A DNA stretch of 64,000 nucleotides from contig OZ024752.1 in assembly GCA_964016885.1 (NCBI GenBank), positions 44,516,001-44,580,000 on the forward strand, in the 5' to 3' direction. The position numbers were made by a program, and so were the translations under genes. This DNA comes from Eledone cirrhosa. Taxonomy: Eukaryota. Below the pieces are notes generated by a model. It was not told the DNA's origin. It saw nothing but the letters and a program-made list of their open reading frames with translations, and made no database searches. Shown here one piece after another: positions 40,654 through 56,639 of this stretch (position 1 is its first letter; the number at the start of each line of letters is the position of its first letter).

Positions 40654-41228
40654 CACACACGCATATATATATATAGAGAGAGAGGGGGGAAGGGAAAGGG
40701 GGAGATTTATGTAAACAGATACATATCTAAACTATAATAAAGTAAGAAGCGCAGGACTGCGTACGGTTTATAATTTGTTATCCCCTTAGTAAAATAAGTT
40801 GGATTACTTTGAATAAATAATGAATGAATATTACATAATTTATCTACTAAATTTTGTGGCTGTTCATTAAATATATTTTATTACTTATTTAAAGATTCAC
40901 TTCTTTAAAATGTTCAAATGTCAACATTTTCGGTTTAATATATATATTTAAATAAATATTCATATATTTCTGTCACTAATTTTCTTCTAATGCAGTTTAT
41001 ATATAATATCGTCTTTTTTTTAATGTATCATGGATTACGTTACTGATTACATAAGACAGTGTAACACAGTCTTCGTTCAATTTCTGTGTATATTGTCAAT
41101 TACGATTGTATTTGATGTATCATATCTACATGTATATATACTTGCGTATAATATCAATATATACACTGCTAGTGCTATATAATGATATATACTAATATAT
41201 CTATATATATATGTTAGAGCGGTAAACG

Positions 41229-41325
41229 AATCTACGCAGATGTATATATAAATCTACGTAGATGTATATATAAATCTACGTAGGTGTATATATAAATCTA
41301 CGTAGATGTATATATAAATCTACAC
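41229..41325. repeat. 22-bp tandem repeat x4 with palindromic core ATCTACGTAGAT
   Basis: AATCTACGTAGATGTATATATA units. Confidence 0.85.
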
Positions 41326-41894
41326 ATTGAGTATATAGACATGTAAATGTGAAATTTGCCGTATTTCCTTGTAAAATGTACAAATGTCGTACCTCTCTGA
41401 CCAGACGATATATATATTATCTATCGTGGGACATATACACCTTTCATTTATTGTAGTACCATTGAAATGTTCGGACTAATTTACCTGTTTTTTTTTAAAG
41501 CTATTATTTATGGCAATCGTCTGTTGTTACAGAAATTTTGTGCCTTTGGGATTCCAACATTTTCTAAAAGAATTCTAAATAATCCATCGCTTTGATAGTT
41601 TATAAAGAATGTTGTTTATATCAAGGCTGCCCGGTATATCTATCTCATCCAGACAGAATTTGTTGCCAGACGTTCCTTAGCTCAATGTTTAAAGCACTCG
41701 GTCGGAATTCGAGAGAAACAGAGTTCGATTTCCTCCGATTTTCTAAGCTATTATCTACAACATTCAGCTATTGTTACATTTATTTTCTGAGTTTGGGATT
41801 TCTAAATTTTCCTAAAGAATTTCAACTTGATTCAGAGCAAAAAGTAGAAAAGTAAGAAGATATCAGACGAGGATTGATGACAAGAAGAATACTA

Positions 41895-42072
41895 AATATA
41901 CCTAAGGCAAGATGGTTGGATAACATCTATGATGTTGGCGGGTCTCACTTGGAGGGATCCAGCCAGATCAGTTGGAGACGGTTGCTTCTGACAGGACCCG
42001 CTGGAAGGAGTGTTTCAGGATTATTGTGTCAACAACCCTCCTGGAAGAAGAAGAAGAAGAAGAAGAAGAAGA
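41895..42072 (+). mobile_element. RTE LINE 3' end with (GAA)n tail
   Basis: PKARWLDNIYDVGGSHL... followed by (GAA)n. Same family as 29790-30165. Confidence 0.8.
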
Positions 42073-42218
42073 ATTAAATAAAATCATACCAAAAAAGAAA
42101 GGTCTTTGGACATATATTTAAGGAAGTTGGTGAAATTGTGAGAAGAATATCAAATAGTGTAGGAGTAAAAAACGTTTTTGAAAGACGAAATTCATATAGT
42201 TATGTGTGTATATATATA

Positions 42219-42568
<350 letters not shown>

Positions 42569-42722
42569 ATATATATCATATCCCAGAAATATTTGACGGT
42601 TCGATCCCTCGTAGCGGCTGGTGGTCAATTTTTCTGTCCATAAGGGTATTTTTACCCGATTTTGCAGGCTATCGTATATAGCAACGAACCGTGTATTCAG
42701 TTATTTTCTCTGTCTGAGTTTC

Positions 42723-42775
<53 letters not shown>

Positions 42776-43492
42776 CCCCCCCCCCCCTCTCTACTCTACT
42801 CCCCCCTCTCTCTTTATATATATATTCTACAAAGACAATGGGCAGTTGAATTATATTTTATTGCACAATCTTGACAATTGTTCCTATACTTCAATTTTCT
42901 TCTCTTTGAACTTACGTAATTTAATTGTGTAAGTTTTAGTAAGGGAATGCTTTGATGACTGTTGAGTCTCTGGAGGTTATAAAGTCAGATTATATCAGTT
43001 GAAAGAGAAGAATGGAACAACGGTGAAGATTATTCACTAAAATATAATTCCATCTTCTATTGTGTTTGTTACTAAGAAGTTCTGTAATTGTATTACAAGG
43101 ATTACATGTGATCCATGAAGGTATAGCTGAGATGGACAATAACCCCATAGTGAACGCTAGATGTCACTACCCTACTGTACCTCCTGTCGTATTGAGTGCT
43201 AAAGTAAAATGGTCCGATGTAGATATTTGGGGTTCTTTTATAGATGTTGGCATTTATCTATTTATTCATAAATGTTTATTTGTATATAATAATTATTGTT
43301 ATGTTACTGCTTGGTCACCAATTCTTTCATTTTATAAGATTTTAAAACTTCTAGCTGGAAATGTAAAGAAATTGGTTGACTCAAGAGACATCGAGAACAT
43401 TTGAAATGTGTGCGTCCCAATGCAAATGACTAAAATAATAGTCAATCACTATAAATGATAGTTGAGAAAATCAGGCAAAGTACCTTGAAATT

Positions 43493-44118
43493 GACGTTGA
43501 TAGTGAAATGACGTTGATAGTGAAATGACGTTGTTAGTCAAATAACGTTGATTTTGAAATGACGTTGATAGTGAAATGACGTTGTTAGTCAAATGACGTC
43601 GATAATGAAATGACGTTGATAGTGAAATGACGTTGATAGTGAAATAACGTTGTTAGTGAAATGACGTTGATAGTGAAATGACGCTGTAAGTGAAATGACG
43701 TTGATTTTGAAATGACGTTGATAGTGAAATGACGTTGTTAGTCAAATGACGTTGATAATGAAATGACGTTGATAGTGAAATGACGTTGTTAGTCAAATGA
43801 CGTTGATAGTGAAATGACGTTGATAGTGAAATGACGTTGTTAGTCAAATGGCGTTGATAGTGAAATGACGTTGTTAGTCAAATGACGTTGATATTGAAAT
43901 GACGTTGATAGTGAAATGACGTTGTTAGTCAAATGACGTTGATAATGAAATGACGTTGATAGTGAAATGACGTTGTTAGTCAAATGACGTTGATAGTGAA
44001 ATGACGTTGATAGTGAAATGACGTTGTTAGTCAAATGACGTTGATAATGAAATGACGTTGATAATGAAATGACGTTGTTAGTCAAATGACGTTGATAGTG
44101 AAATGACGTTGATAGTGA
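43493..44118. repeat. 17-bp minisatellite with 51-bp higher-order period
   Basis: TGAAATGACGTTGATAG / TCAAATGACGTTG variants cycling in threes. Gives a 17-aa period in the minus-strand ORFs. Confidence 0.92.
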
Positions 44119-44318
44119 CGAGTTTGAGGAGGAACCCTGTAATATGTTGGTAGAACGGAACCTGGTTATCAAGTGAGGAGGAGGTAGATATTATTTTACT
44201 GGTTTCACTCACTGGGCTGTGGCCAGGCTGGGGTTCCACTGCTTTTCTCAATCAAATCGAACACATTACTTAATTTCAAGGGTAGTGCTTATGTCATGAC
44301 AAAAAAAAAAAGAGTACT

Positions 44319-44394
<76 letters not shown>

Positions 44395-44625
44395 ACTGCC
44401 AAGAAGCGGGAGAAGGAAGGGGGAAGAAGAGGAAGAGAGGGAGGAGGAGGGGAAGGTCAACATAAACTTGTAGATTCATATCTTCACAGAATATTGTAAT
44501 CAAAGAATTAAATTAAATTCATTTAATACACACACACATACACACATATACACATATACATATATATATATATATATACACACACATACATAGATATATA
44601 TGTATATACACACACACACACATTG

Positions 44626-44660
<35 letters not shown>

Positions 44661-44687
44661 CACTGCTCTCTCTATATATATATATGC

Positions 44688-44822
<135 letters not shown>

Positions 44823-45092
44823 ATATATACATTTCAAGATGCATGTATGTATAAATAGGCAAGGGGTTAATATATTTTCATTTGTATTGTTATTGTTGTA
44901 GTTGTGGTCTTCTTTTTCTTCTTAAATAAAATCATTTTGCCTTTCATCCTTACAGGGTCAATAAAATAAAGTACCAGTAATAGACTGGGGTAATTGCTGG
45001 CCTTGTTCCAATAGTAGAAACAATTATTACTTTCATGATAGATAGATATATGTATCTATATATATATATATAGAGAGAGAGGGGTGGTGGAG

Positions 45093-45278
<186 letters not shown>

Positions 45279-45291
45279 ATATATATATATA

Positions 45292-45322
<31 letters not shown>

Positions 45323-45323
<1 letters not shown>

Positions 45324-45522
45324 ACAAAGGAATTGTGGTAAGGAACCATATGAACCATAACGCACCAGAGTACTCAATACTTAGGGTAGGAAATAGGAAA
45401 ATACTTAGTGGGAAATAGGAAAAAAGTATGACCCCGACGGCAGAGCTCAAGCCGTTTCGACGGCTATTTCCAGAAATAGCCGTCGAAACGGCTTGAGCTT
45501 TGCCGTCGGGGTCATACTCTTT

Positions 45523-45524
<2 letters not shown>
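45323..45524 (+). mobile_element. Second full copy of the (TA)n-inserted hairpin element (opposite orientation)
   Basis: Body 45323-45415 plus hairpin 45416-45526 (TAGGAAAAAAGTATGACCCCGACGGCAGAGCTCAAGCCGTTTCGACGGCTATTTC and its reverse complement). Confidence 0.85.
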
Positions 45525-45587
<63 letters not shown>

Positions 45588-45600
45588 ATATATATATATG

Positions 45601-45712
<112 letters not shown>

Positions 45713-45889
45713 AAATAGGTATGTAGATAGGTTTATGGAGTGATAGAGAGCTAGGTTGCTATATACTGTTATATGTGAGATGTGTGACTATAAACTGCAT
45801 GTTATACGTAGATAGCGTAATATGTAATATGGCGACTACTTCAGCACCCTGCCTTCTGCTGTGTAGTGGCTTACGTTGTTAGAAGAAAG

Positions 45890-47965
<2,076 letters not shown>

Positions 47966-48314
47966 ATGAATCTCTGTAATGTCTGTTAAAGGTTGTTCAG
48001 GGTGACAATGGCCGATGTGTCCTTCCTTTTTAAAGACGTTAGCGTGTGATTTGAGAAAATTTGTCTACTCTATTGATGTTGATGTGTGTTTGAACGTATG
48101 TATATATATATGTATGTGTATATATATATATATACATATATATGACTACCACTACAGGAATTGAAGATTCAAGACCTTAGCGGTATGTCGTATAACCAAT
48201 CTCATATATTTTATCTGATGAAAACGTACTGAAACACCACTGTACCTCTGAAATATGTATAATAAAGTATATACTTTGGTTATGATAATATTTCTCATTT
48301 ATTAATATTTTGAA

Positions 48315-48356
<42 letters not shown>

Positions 48357-48374
48357 TATGTGTGTGTATGTTGG

Positions 48375-48925
48375 TAAAATGTGAAATGTGTAATGCTTGA
48401 TGTCTAATGTGTGATGTGTAATGTGTAATGTGTGATGTGTAATGTATGATATGTAATGTGTGATGTGTAATGTCTAATGTGAAATGTGTGATGTGTAATG
48501 TGTAATGTGTGATGTGTAATGTATGATATGTAATGTGCGATGTGTAATGTGTGATATGTAATGTGTGATGTGTAATGTGTAATGTGTGATGTGTAATGTG
48601 TAATGTATGATATGTAATGTGTGATGTGTAATATGTAATGTGTGATGTGCAATGTGTGATATGTAATGTGTAATGTATGATATGTAATGTGTGATGTGTA
48701 ATGTGTGATATGTAATGTGCGATGTGTAATGTGTGATATGTGATGTGTAATGTGTAATGTGTGATGTGCAATGTGTGATGTGTAATGTGTAATGTATGAT
48801 ATGTAATGTGTAATGTGTGATGTGTAATATGTAATGTGTGATGTGCAATGTGTGATGTGTAATGTGTAATGTATGATATGTAATGTGTGATGTGTAATGT
48901 GTAATCTGTGATGTGTAATGTGTGA
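48375..48925. repeat. TGTAA/TGTGATG compound repeat
   Basis: Mixed 5- and 7-bp units. Confidence 0.9.
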
Positions 48926-49280
48926 CAACATCTTTTTAACTTTGATTTTGAAAGTAGGGTTATAAATATCAATTTTCAGTAGACTTCTGTAGATGTCTCG
49001 GTGGCCTAGTTGGAAGAATCATAGACTGTGGTGATCCCGGTTTGAAGTTCGATCCTGGTCGGAAGTAGGGTTCCCGGTAAACCTTTTCAGTTTTTTTTCT
49101 ATTTGGTTATAAAATAAAAACTGAAAAGACTACATGTACCCCTCGACCAGGATTGAACCCAAGACCAGGCTCTCCAACGTCTCCAGTACCTACCACTGGG
49201 CCACAGAGACGACTACGAAAATCTTATGAAAATTCATACTTATAAACCTACTTTCAAAATTTTCAAACCAAAGTGTTGTG
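48925..49280. mobile_element. Palindromic MITE-like element with a tRNA-like unit in each arm
   Basis: Outer arms TTTTGAAAGTAGGGTTATAAATATCAATTTTCA / TGAAAATTCATACTTATAAACCTACTTTCAAAA. A- and B-box pairs on both strands. Inner CTTTTCAGTTTTT/AAAAACTGAAAAG. Confidence 0.75.
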
Positions 49281-50099
49281 GTGTCGTTCATGTCTTTCTT
49301 AATGTTATTGCTCCTACTTAGGGTCGACTTCTAAATCATTTGGGTGTTCCATAAACTACATCCTCGTTTTATTTCACATCTATCTAGACTATATTTTAAC
49401 CTGTAATCCATGTTTCATTTCTGTTGCACCTCATGCCCCCCCCCTCTCTCTTTCTCTCTGTGATATTTGAATCTACTATGATTTGGGCGTAGCTGCAATG
49501 CTACTGTTGGTCCCTGCAATGCTAGCGTGGGCCCTCTGGGGCCGTTTTGCCATTGGGCAACCTGGCAACGTGACCAGTCCATCACTGTGTGTATATATAT
49601 ATATATATAAACTTATATACGTGTATGTATGAATGTATGTATATGTGTGTGTGTGTTTGTATGTATGTATATATATATATATGTCTTGTATATAATGTGT
49701 GTGTTTATATTTGCATGAGACAAGCTGTTGTGTGTGTTCTGTTGATCTGAAATGTAGAACTCTAGGAGAGCGAATGAGAGGGAGATAATTCACCTGCTTT
49801 TATTAAGTCAAAAGTGAGGAAATAGAGACGGCAGATTTACTCCTTTAGTTAGTATATCTCGACTGTCATGGCGACAGCATTGCTGCAGAAAAACAGCCAG
49901 CGATACCCACTTCATCAGCCATTCCACCATATGTAGCTCCTTTCTCAGGTGTAATGCCATCATCCAGATTTCTCGGAAGAAAACAGCAGTTATGTATGTA
50001 TGTGTGTATGTATGTATGTATATATGTATGTGTGTATGTATGTATGTATGTATGTATGCATGTGTGCATGTGTATGTGTGTATATGTCTATGTACGTAT

Positions 50100-50975
50100 G
50101 TGTTCTATTTTGGCATGTTGTTTGAGTACTGATGAGTTCTCGCCAGTGTTCACTATATCCTCTCCAATGCTACGGGCTATGTATGTTATATTCTTATTTC
50201 TACACTGTCCCTCAGTACATCTTATGCTATATACTACGTTCCTGGTTTTGCAGGTAAGACCTTTCCTATCAGTGCAGGGTTGTTGTTCTACTAATTAGGG
50301 CTTTTATGGGAATACCTGGTCTTTCAACTATCTTAATATTTAATTCTAGTTTGGCTAGGGCTCTTCTAAATCTGTAAGCTAGTTCACCTCTAGGGGTTGA
50401 ATTGACTACCATTACATTCTAGTATTTATTGCTATCATACCATGGGTTGACTTTATTTGCCTTATTCCCAATCCTTTCTATTCTGTTCGAAAATTTGCCC
50501 CTCTACATGGAGCAGGTCCCATTTGCATCATTTTCTACCATCTTTGCCCATTTGGTTCTAGCTCCTCTATATACCCTGATCTTGTCTCTCTGATTGTAGC
50601 TAGAGAACTGCATGTGGTGCATGAAGCGTTGTGTTTCTCTAACTATTTAGGGTTGCACGTGCGGGACACGTTCCTCATCACTCTTACTAAGTCCGCAATC
50701 AGTATATTAACTTTCATGTGATCCGAAACAGCTGAGTTTCAGTGGATCGGCTATTTGGAGGTCATGGGTTTGGCGTAATGCGAATGGAGGATTTGCGTCC
50801 TATTACTAATAGTTTCCAACCAGAGTTCTGTGTCTAGTACAGGTAATCTATGGTTGGGGTGTTTAGTTGGGTAGTCTATAGTAACTTTAATACTCTGGTG
50901 GATGGTGTTAGCTATTTACTGGGTGCTTTCCATCGTGTTCTTCTCTAATTCCTGACTGTTCTACTGTGGGGGTGT
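50100..50975 (-). mobile_element. Penelope-like element, Naiad-like: RT C-terminus to GIY-YIG endonuclease, decayed
   Basis: Minus strand gives IANTIHQSIKVTIDYPTKHPNHRLPVLDTELW, ILHSHYAKPMTSK, SAVSDHMKVNILIADLVRVMRNVS, STPRGELA, IKIVERPG and CKTRNVVYSIRC...C...YIARSIGE/YSEH...SVLKQHAKIEH. Confidence 0.8.
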
Positions 50976-50992
50976 TTTCACTCCAATATTGA

Positions 50993-51237
50993 CAGTAGTG
51001 GTGGTATTGGTAGTGGTGGTGGTTGTGGTAGTGGTGGTAGTGGTGGTGGTGGTGGTTGTGATGGTGGTGGTGGTGGTGGGGGTAGAGGTAGTGATGGTGG
51101 TAGTGGTGGTGACGGTGGGTGGGTGGGGTTAGTGGTGGTGGTGGGGGTAGTGCTGGTTGTGATAGTGGTAGTAGTGGTGGTGGTGGTAGTGGTGGTTGTG
51201 GTGGTTGTGGTGGTGGTGGTAGTAGTAGTAGTGGTAT

Positions 51238-51272
<35 letters not shown>

Positions 51273-52030
51273 ATGTTGAAATGAAAGTTATAACGATGAG
51301 TAATTGAAGTGTCTGGGTGACAGAGGAGGGGGTGGGGGCAAACTAGAAAAAGGAAATATACCTTACCCCCTCCCATACACATATACACATACACTCATAC
51401 ACCTACACATACACTCAGATACATACACATACAGACAATTACCTCCTTATGAGACAGTCTCAGACTTCCAGGCCAGCACCCTTCCATACCAGTAACACTC
51501 TCATCTCTACCTAGAAATAGCAGCCAAATCTCCCTCCAAATGACACACTACTAGAGAGGGACAGCTGTTATAACTTTGTTCCTATATATAGAATGTCGGA
51601 AATGGCTGAAGACTTTGGTCCTAGTTCTGTTGCCTGCAAGTGGTTGCCATGTCTGCTAGAAATAGCAGACATATTCCCCCTTACTGTTACAACAACAACA
51701 ACAACAACAACAATAATACTAGCACCACCACCACCAACAACAACAACACCACCATCACCACCAACAACAACAATAACACCACCACCAACAACAACAACAC
51801 CACCACCAACAACAACACCAACACCAACAACAACAACAATAATACTAGCACCACCACCACCACCAACAACAACAACACCACCACCACCATCACCACCAAC
51901 AACAACAACACCACCACCAACAACAACAACAACAACACCACCACCACCAACAACAACACCACCACCACCACCAACAACAACAATAATACTAGCACCGCCA
52001 CCACCACCACCACCAACAACAACGACACTA
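50993..52030. repeat. (GGT/AGT)n and (CAA/CCA)n tracts flanking SINE-tail pieces
   Basis: Seen directly. Dispersed-repeat motif CTAGAAATAGCAGCCAAATCTCCCTC at 51511. Confidence 0.8.
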
Positions 52031-52384
52031 GCAAAGTATTGCCTTTCCCCATACACAACGCTGTCCTACATTAACTTGGGAGAGAGGGGGGTAGATAGAG
52101 AGAGAGAGGGGGGAGATGGGGGAGATAGAGATAGAGAGAGGAGGAGGAGGGGAGATACATAGAGAGGGGGAGAGAGGGGAGAAAGAGAGATAGTGTGTGA
52201 AAACTAATACAATATAGAGTTTAATTAAAGGGGTGGTTGGTGCTGGAGGTGACGAGTTGAAGAACAATGCAGCAGCAGCAGCAGCAGCAGTAGTAGTGGT
52301 GGTAGTAGTAGTAGTGGTAGTGGTGGTAGTAATAGTAGTAGTAGCAGCTTTATTCTAAAGTTTGTTATCACCACCACCACCGCC

Positions 52385-52635
52385 ACTGTTACTTGGGCAT
52401 ATGCTTTCGACTTTAATCTCTGATTGATTAAATTTGGTAGACGGAAACGGTGTAGAAGTCCGTCGTACATATATATATCCAGAAACTTAGCGGTTCGACA
52501 ATAAAGATCGATAAAATAAGTTGCACACGTGAAAAATGAAGTTCTGGGGTTGTTATGATCGACTAATATTGTCAAGGTGGTGTCCCAGCATGACCGCAGT
52601 CGAATAACTGAAGCAGTATAAGAATAAAAGAATAT
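52385..52635. mobile_element. Octopus-type SINE remnants
   Basis: TTTGGTAGACGGAAAC...AGAAGTCCGTCG (inverse of the 14034 copy) and TCAAGGTGGTGTCCCAGCATGACCGCAGTC...AAGAATAAAAGAATA tail. Confidence 0.55.
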
Positions 52636-52641
52636 ATATAT

Positions 52642-53035
52642 ATCATCATCATCAGTCCCTTGACTTCTGTAGTCGTCGGGGGGGATCCTACTGCAGAAGC
52701 AGCCCACACTCAAAATATTCTATCAACGGCGGCCATCAACAAATCTGGTGTCGTCATTTGCGTCCATTCTTTGACATTGTCCAACCAGTTTTTGCGTTGA
52801 GGTCCCCTCCTGCGTCCACCTTCAACGGTGCCTTGCATGACAGTCTCACACAGGCTGTCATGTCATGTGATCTAGCTAAACCACGTCAGTTTCCTCCTCT
52901 TGACAGTGACAAGGAGAGGTTCCTGGTGACCCACAAAACTTTAAACCTTACTCCATACATATTCATTGATTTTTACGTTCCCAATAGAAAATACGAAGAA
53001 GTTTTCTCAGGTATTTGTCTTCAAACGTTTCTGTA
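52642..53035 (-). mobile_element. RTE (BovB-like) LINE 3' end with (GAT)n tail
   Basis: Minus strand gives EPLLVTVKRRKLTWF...HDSLCETVMQGTVEGGRRRGPQRKNWLDNVKEWT. Confidence 0.85.
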
Positions 53036-53077
53036 AAACAACCAGAAAGAAATTTCTTTCTTTTTTATTGATCCAAG

Positions 53078-53178
53078 AAACTTATAGTATTGACCCAAGC
53101 TGGAGTATAAACTTATAGTATTGACCCAAGCTGGAGTATAAACTTATAGTATTGACCCAAGCTGGAGTATAAACTTAT
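53078..53178. repeat. 31-bp tandem repeat x3
   Basis: AAACTTATAGTATTGACCCAAGCTGGAGTAT. Confidence 0.9.
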
Positions 53179-53569
53179 GTAAACAAACAATTTTAACAAT
53201 TTAACAATTTAACAATTTAACAATTTAAACAAACAATTTTAACAAATAAATGCCTTAACAACAACCAGTTACACAATTCGTTATATCGACTTCCAAAACT
53301 GATAAAGATTAATGTACGAAGCCGGCAACTCGTGGCTTCGATCTCTCATTAATTGCTCAGTTGTTTTATTCTCTCCAGTCTCGGATCTGATTTCAGATTT
53401 AATTTAGAAAGGACGCATCTTTTATGTCGGAGACTAATCCTTTTTTTTTTATTTAATTAATTACAAAATTGCACATTTAGTTACAAAATAACCGAAATTT
53501 GATTAAAGGAATGAAAAAAAAAGTGTTTAATTAACGCAATGCTTTAATTAAGGATTTTAATACTCGACC

Positions 53570-53630
53570 AGGTTAAGGGCATTAGTTGGGGTTAAGGGCA
53601 TTAGTTGCGGCTAAGGGCATTAGTTGGGGT
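53570..53630. repeat. 19-bp tandem repeat x3
   Basis: GGTTAAGGGCATTAGTTGG. Confidence 0.85.
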
Positions 53631-53812
53631 AAGAGGTTCCTAATTGGAATCCCTCTGATACCAGGATACTTCCGGGTATATTACCCCTAAATTACACCTA
53701 CCAACAATCATATAAATATAATTAAAGATCATAATGAGAAGTTAATTTGTCTCTTATCAGTTATGACAGCTGCTCTGAGTACTGGGTACTCCACAACTTA
53801 TACCATGACAGC

Positions 53813-54402
53813 TACATGGTGTATAATAGATATAACATGGTGTATAATAGATATAACATGGTGTATATTAGATATAACATGGTGTATTATAGATATAACA
53901 TGGTGTATTATAGATATAACATGATATATAATAGATATTACATGGTGTATTATAGATATAACATGGTGTATAATAGATATTACATGGTGTATATTAGATA
54001 TAACATGGTGTATTATAGATATAACATGGTGTATATTAGATATAACATGGTGTATATTAGATATAACATGGTGTATAATAGATATAACATGGTGTATTAT
54101 AGATATAACATGGTGTATATTAGATATAACATGGTGTATTATAGATATAACATGGTGTATATTAGATATAACATGGTGTATTATAGATATAACATGGTGT
54201 ATATTAGATATAACATGGTGTATAATAGATATAACATGGTGTATTATAGATATAACATGGTGTATTATAGATATAACATGGTGTATATTAGATATAACAT
54301 GGTGTATTATAGATATTACATGGTGTATTATAGATATAACATGGTGTATAATAGATATTACATGGTGTATAATAGATATTACATGGCGTATATTAGATAT
54401 AT
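53813..54402. repeat. 21-bp minisatellite, ~28 copies
   Basis: ATGGTGTAT(T/A)(A/T)TAGATATAAC. Gives the (YNMVYYR)n ORF. Confidence 0.95.
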
Positions 54403-55929
54403 TACCGTTACTAATATACTGTTGGTATAAACAGATTACGGTATTTAATATGAAGGAGAAAGTGAGGAGGTTTATAATATTCCTGTTGCAAAACTCGTTA
54501 AGAATTTACGGGAATGTCAGAAAATAATTTAATAATCTTTGTTAGCAAATTATAATAAATTATAAATACATAAAGAGGTAAAGAAGATATTTAAGTAAAT
54601 CAAGTGAAGGAAATTGTAAAGTTAATTATATTGTAACAACTTCTCAGGCTAAACTAACAGAATATACTGGTAATTACTTCGAGTAGAAGACTTTAAACTG
54701 TGGAAACTCGGTTCACGAACGTCGTTCGTCAACTGAAATGTTCGGAAACCGAAACTATTTTTTCTCGTACGAAATGTTGAGAGAGAGAGACAAAGAGAGA
54801 GAGAGAGAGATGTCACCATAGTAACTAACTACACAGCACGTGACACTTTCCCGCCAATACTCCCAACTTGTCGCCAACCGTTGTTGCCGGCTTCTGTGTT
54901 CGTTACTCGGGTGAATTTTGTACATCTAATGGTATGCGGTGAGTTTACTAATCAATATTTTGAAAGCCCTTTACCTTTAGGAAGCTGACGGCTAGCGCCG
55001 TCTAGCGGATCCCAACAGAAGCAGTAGAGGATAACTGTCGACGTGTTTCTGGCTTCTGGCCGCCATCAGGACAGTGCCCCCCCTCCCCACCTGCTCTCTG
55101 CTGGAATTAGATAGAGGCGAAAATAAAATAAAAATATATGGAATAATGTTAGGTTTATTAAATATTAAGGAAAAAGATAATAAAACAAACATTTTAATTA
55201 TGTAAATCAAAATATATTGCAAAAATTTAATAAAGTTTTGTTAGCAAAATTTTATTTCGTCGAAAAATTCTTAAATTTACAAAAGATATTGCATAATTTG
55301 CTCATTTAATTACACAATACATAATAAAATATGTACAAAAGTGAATAAAGATGTCACAATCACGATTTCTGATTTAGACTCGAGGGGAGGGGAAAGTAGA
55401 TTAAATCGACCCCAGTGCGTTACTGGTACTTTATTTTATCGACCCCGTAAGGTAGAAAAGTAATGGCATGCATAAACATTTTTGTCATAAAATTATGAAC
55501 CTCTGTGCCGCCCAGAAATGACAGGAGCAATACACTTATGAAATGAAGAGTATAAATTTCTAAAGTTAATTATTTTATAACTATTTCTCATATAAAACTA
55601 AGTACATATACTAGCAATGTTAATAATCTTAATGGATACTTTATCATGTATAAATGTGGTTAAATCTTACAAACATTAACTTTATTATCTTCATCAAAAC
55701 CATTAAAAAAACATTTAATAATATAATCCCAATTTAAAATACATGAATATCAGAGATAATTATAATAAAAATTAATAATAAATTATTTTTAATAACATAA
55801 CTTTAATTATTAATATAGTAAATATAAATATAAGGAAAAGATTGAACTTAATCATGAACCCCAGAAATATAAGTTTTAAGATTTTATAATTATTACTCTT
55901 GCAAAATAAAACTGTAAAATTCTACGTTA

Positions 55930-56010
<81 letters not shown>

Positions 56011-56133
56011 TTAGTTTTGCACCAAGAAAAATAAAATGTCGGTCTGAAGAGATTAGGAATTTATTTGGTATAACATATGTTTCTGTGTCTATTATAATTG
56101 TCTACATATGCTGACTACAATATATATCGTTCA

Positions 56134-56170
<37 letters not shown>

Positions 56171-56639
56171 GTGGAGGGGGATGAACAAGTTGCCGTCCAG
56201 GACGGGTGTGAAATCGAGAGCTTGGCCCTATAACCGATTCAGTGCTTGGCATGCACTATCCTAAATTGCTTATACTTGCAGCTGGGTACCTCTGTCAGCC
56301 AAAGAAACTCTATTGAAATGAACTTACACCTTGAATTCCTTCAATGGAGTCGACTCAACGCACCACAGGCGAACAAAGCCACAAGTAATAGATTGCAATA
56401 GATTTCTATATTAATATTATTGTTACAAGTTATTTCAGTTTGTTCTGATCTGTTTATTCTTATTTATTTGAACTCCTATATTTTACACGGGGTTTTCTAA
56501 ACTGTAACCAGGTTGTTTCATATTGTCCCGAATTAGATCCTATTCTTATTTAATTGCTGAGTCTGCAGTCAGCTCATTCCTTTATTCGGGTTTATCGGTT
56601 CGTTAAGTGGGACAAGGTTTAGATTAGGTAAATGGGTGG

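Noticed and set aside
43356-43378. miR-1-like TGGAAATGTAAAGAA (also miR-87-like at ~2812-2830 and miR-31-like at ~41905)
   Set aside because: Seeds or 3' parts differ and no precursor hairpins are evident. The 41905 match is inside an RTE 3' end.
53747-54430. Tyr/Met/Arg/Asn-rich ORF superficially like reflectin composition
   Set aside because: A pure 21-bp tandem repeat that lacks the reflectin motif (M/FD-x5-MD-x5-MD) and Asp content.
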